A stretch of 64,000 nucleotides of DNA, from positions 2,054-66,053 of IMG/VR virus record IMGVR_UViG_2828058034_000001; one strand, written 5' to 3'. Below are positions 63,359 through 64,000 of the stretch, in pieces (the stretch's first letter is position 1; each line of letters opens with the position of its first letter). This DNA is from a virus. Lineage: Duplodnaviria > Caudoviricetes. The position numbers and the translations under genes are program-made. The notes under the pieces were generated by a model, which saw only the letters and a program-made list of their open reading frames with translations, was not told the DNA's origin and ran no database searches.

Positions 63359-64000
63359 TCAAGACGAAATCGTGTAATGCGTGGGGTCCTGAACGCCGGC
63401 ATCGGCGAAGCCGGCTGCGCGCAGCCGGCAGGCGTCGCAGTGGCCGCAGGCGCGGCCGGCGGCGTCGGCGCGGTAACAGGACACGGTCAGGCCGAAGTCC
63501 ACGCCCAGGCGCACGCCTTCGCGCACGATGTCGGCCTTGCTGAGGAACTGCAGCGGCGCGTGCACGCGCAGCCCGGCGCCCTCCACGCCGGCCTTGGTGG
63601 CGAGGTTGGCCAGCACTTCGAAGGCGCGTACGAACTCGGGGCGGCAGTCGGGATAGCCGGAGTAATCCACCGCATTGACGCCGCAGAACAGGTCGTTGGC
63701 GCCGACCACTTCGGCCCAGCCCAGCGCCAGCGACAGCATGATGGTGTTGCGGGCCGGTACATAGGTGACCGGAATGCCATCGCCGCCTGCGTCCGGCACC
63801 TCGATGTCGTCGGTGAGCGCCGAGCCGCCGATGCTGCGCAGATCCACGTCGACCACTTTGTGCGCGACCACGCCCTGCGCTGCGGCAACGCGTGCGGCGG
63901 CATCCAGCTCGGAGGTATGACGTTGACCGTAGCGCACGCTCAGCGCGTACACGGCAAAACCCTGCTCCTGCGCAAGCGCAATGACGGCGGCGGAGTCCAT
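63359..64000 (-). CDS. queC: 7-cyano-7-deazaguanine synthase (5' end outside window)
   Basis: [33 protein letters not shown]....ACG.CDAC.LR. Confidence 0.96.
   Translation of the reverse strand: MDSAAVIALAQEQGFAVYALSVRYGQRHTSELDAAARVAAAQGVVAHKVVDVDLRSIGGSALTDDIEVPDAGGDGIPVTYVPARNTIMLSLALGWAEVVGANDLFCGVNAVDYSGYPDCRPEFVRAFEVLANLATKAGVEGAGLRVHAPLQFLSKADIVREGVRLGVDFGLTVSCYRADAAGRACGHCDACRLRAAGFADAGVQDPTHYTISS

Noticed and set aside
1-64000. CRISPR array, IS elements, rRNA
   Set aside because: No regularly spaced repeats, transposase motifs or rRNA-like sequence found

Overview
GC-rich, Xanthomonas-like chromosomal window (host assignment is inferred) made almost entirely of two prophages integrated in tandem at the 3' end of a tRNA-Lys(TTT) gene (63236-63311, minus strand, downstream of queC). 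(1) 1-22323 is a P2-like (Peduoviridae) myovirus prophage whose left end lies outside the window. It has head, lysis, baseplate, fibre, sheath and tube genes. It is defective: an internal deletion at ~19203 cuts the tape-measure gene, and gpU, gpD, ogr, repressor and replication genes are not seen in the window. It carries three AT-richer cargo loci: a Sel1-like plus Gly-rich exported protein pair, a T5orf172/GIY-YIG protein, and a Stv-like protein. The first two sit in a tandem 'gpS-cargo-gpS-cargo' array. (2) 22273-63285 is an apparently complete ~41 kb HK97/lambda-like siphovirus prophage bounded by a 51-bp direct repeat, with integrase arm sites, a cos candidate, iteron origin, 17-bp CI operators (three OR, two OL) and G-T frameshift. 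Its immunity region holds four accessory genes between OR and OL: a minimal PrlF-like antitoxin with no DNA-binding domain plus a YhaV RNase toxin in the lambda rexAB position, converging on a lipoprotein and a LITAF-like Zn-ribbon membrane protein. The best candidates for undescribed systems are this immunity island and the gpS-anchored cargo array. All family calls come from recognising motifs by eye; no searches were run.
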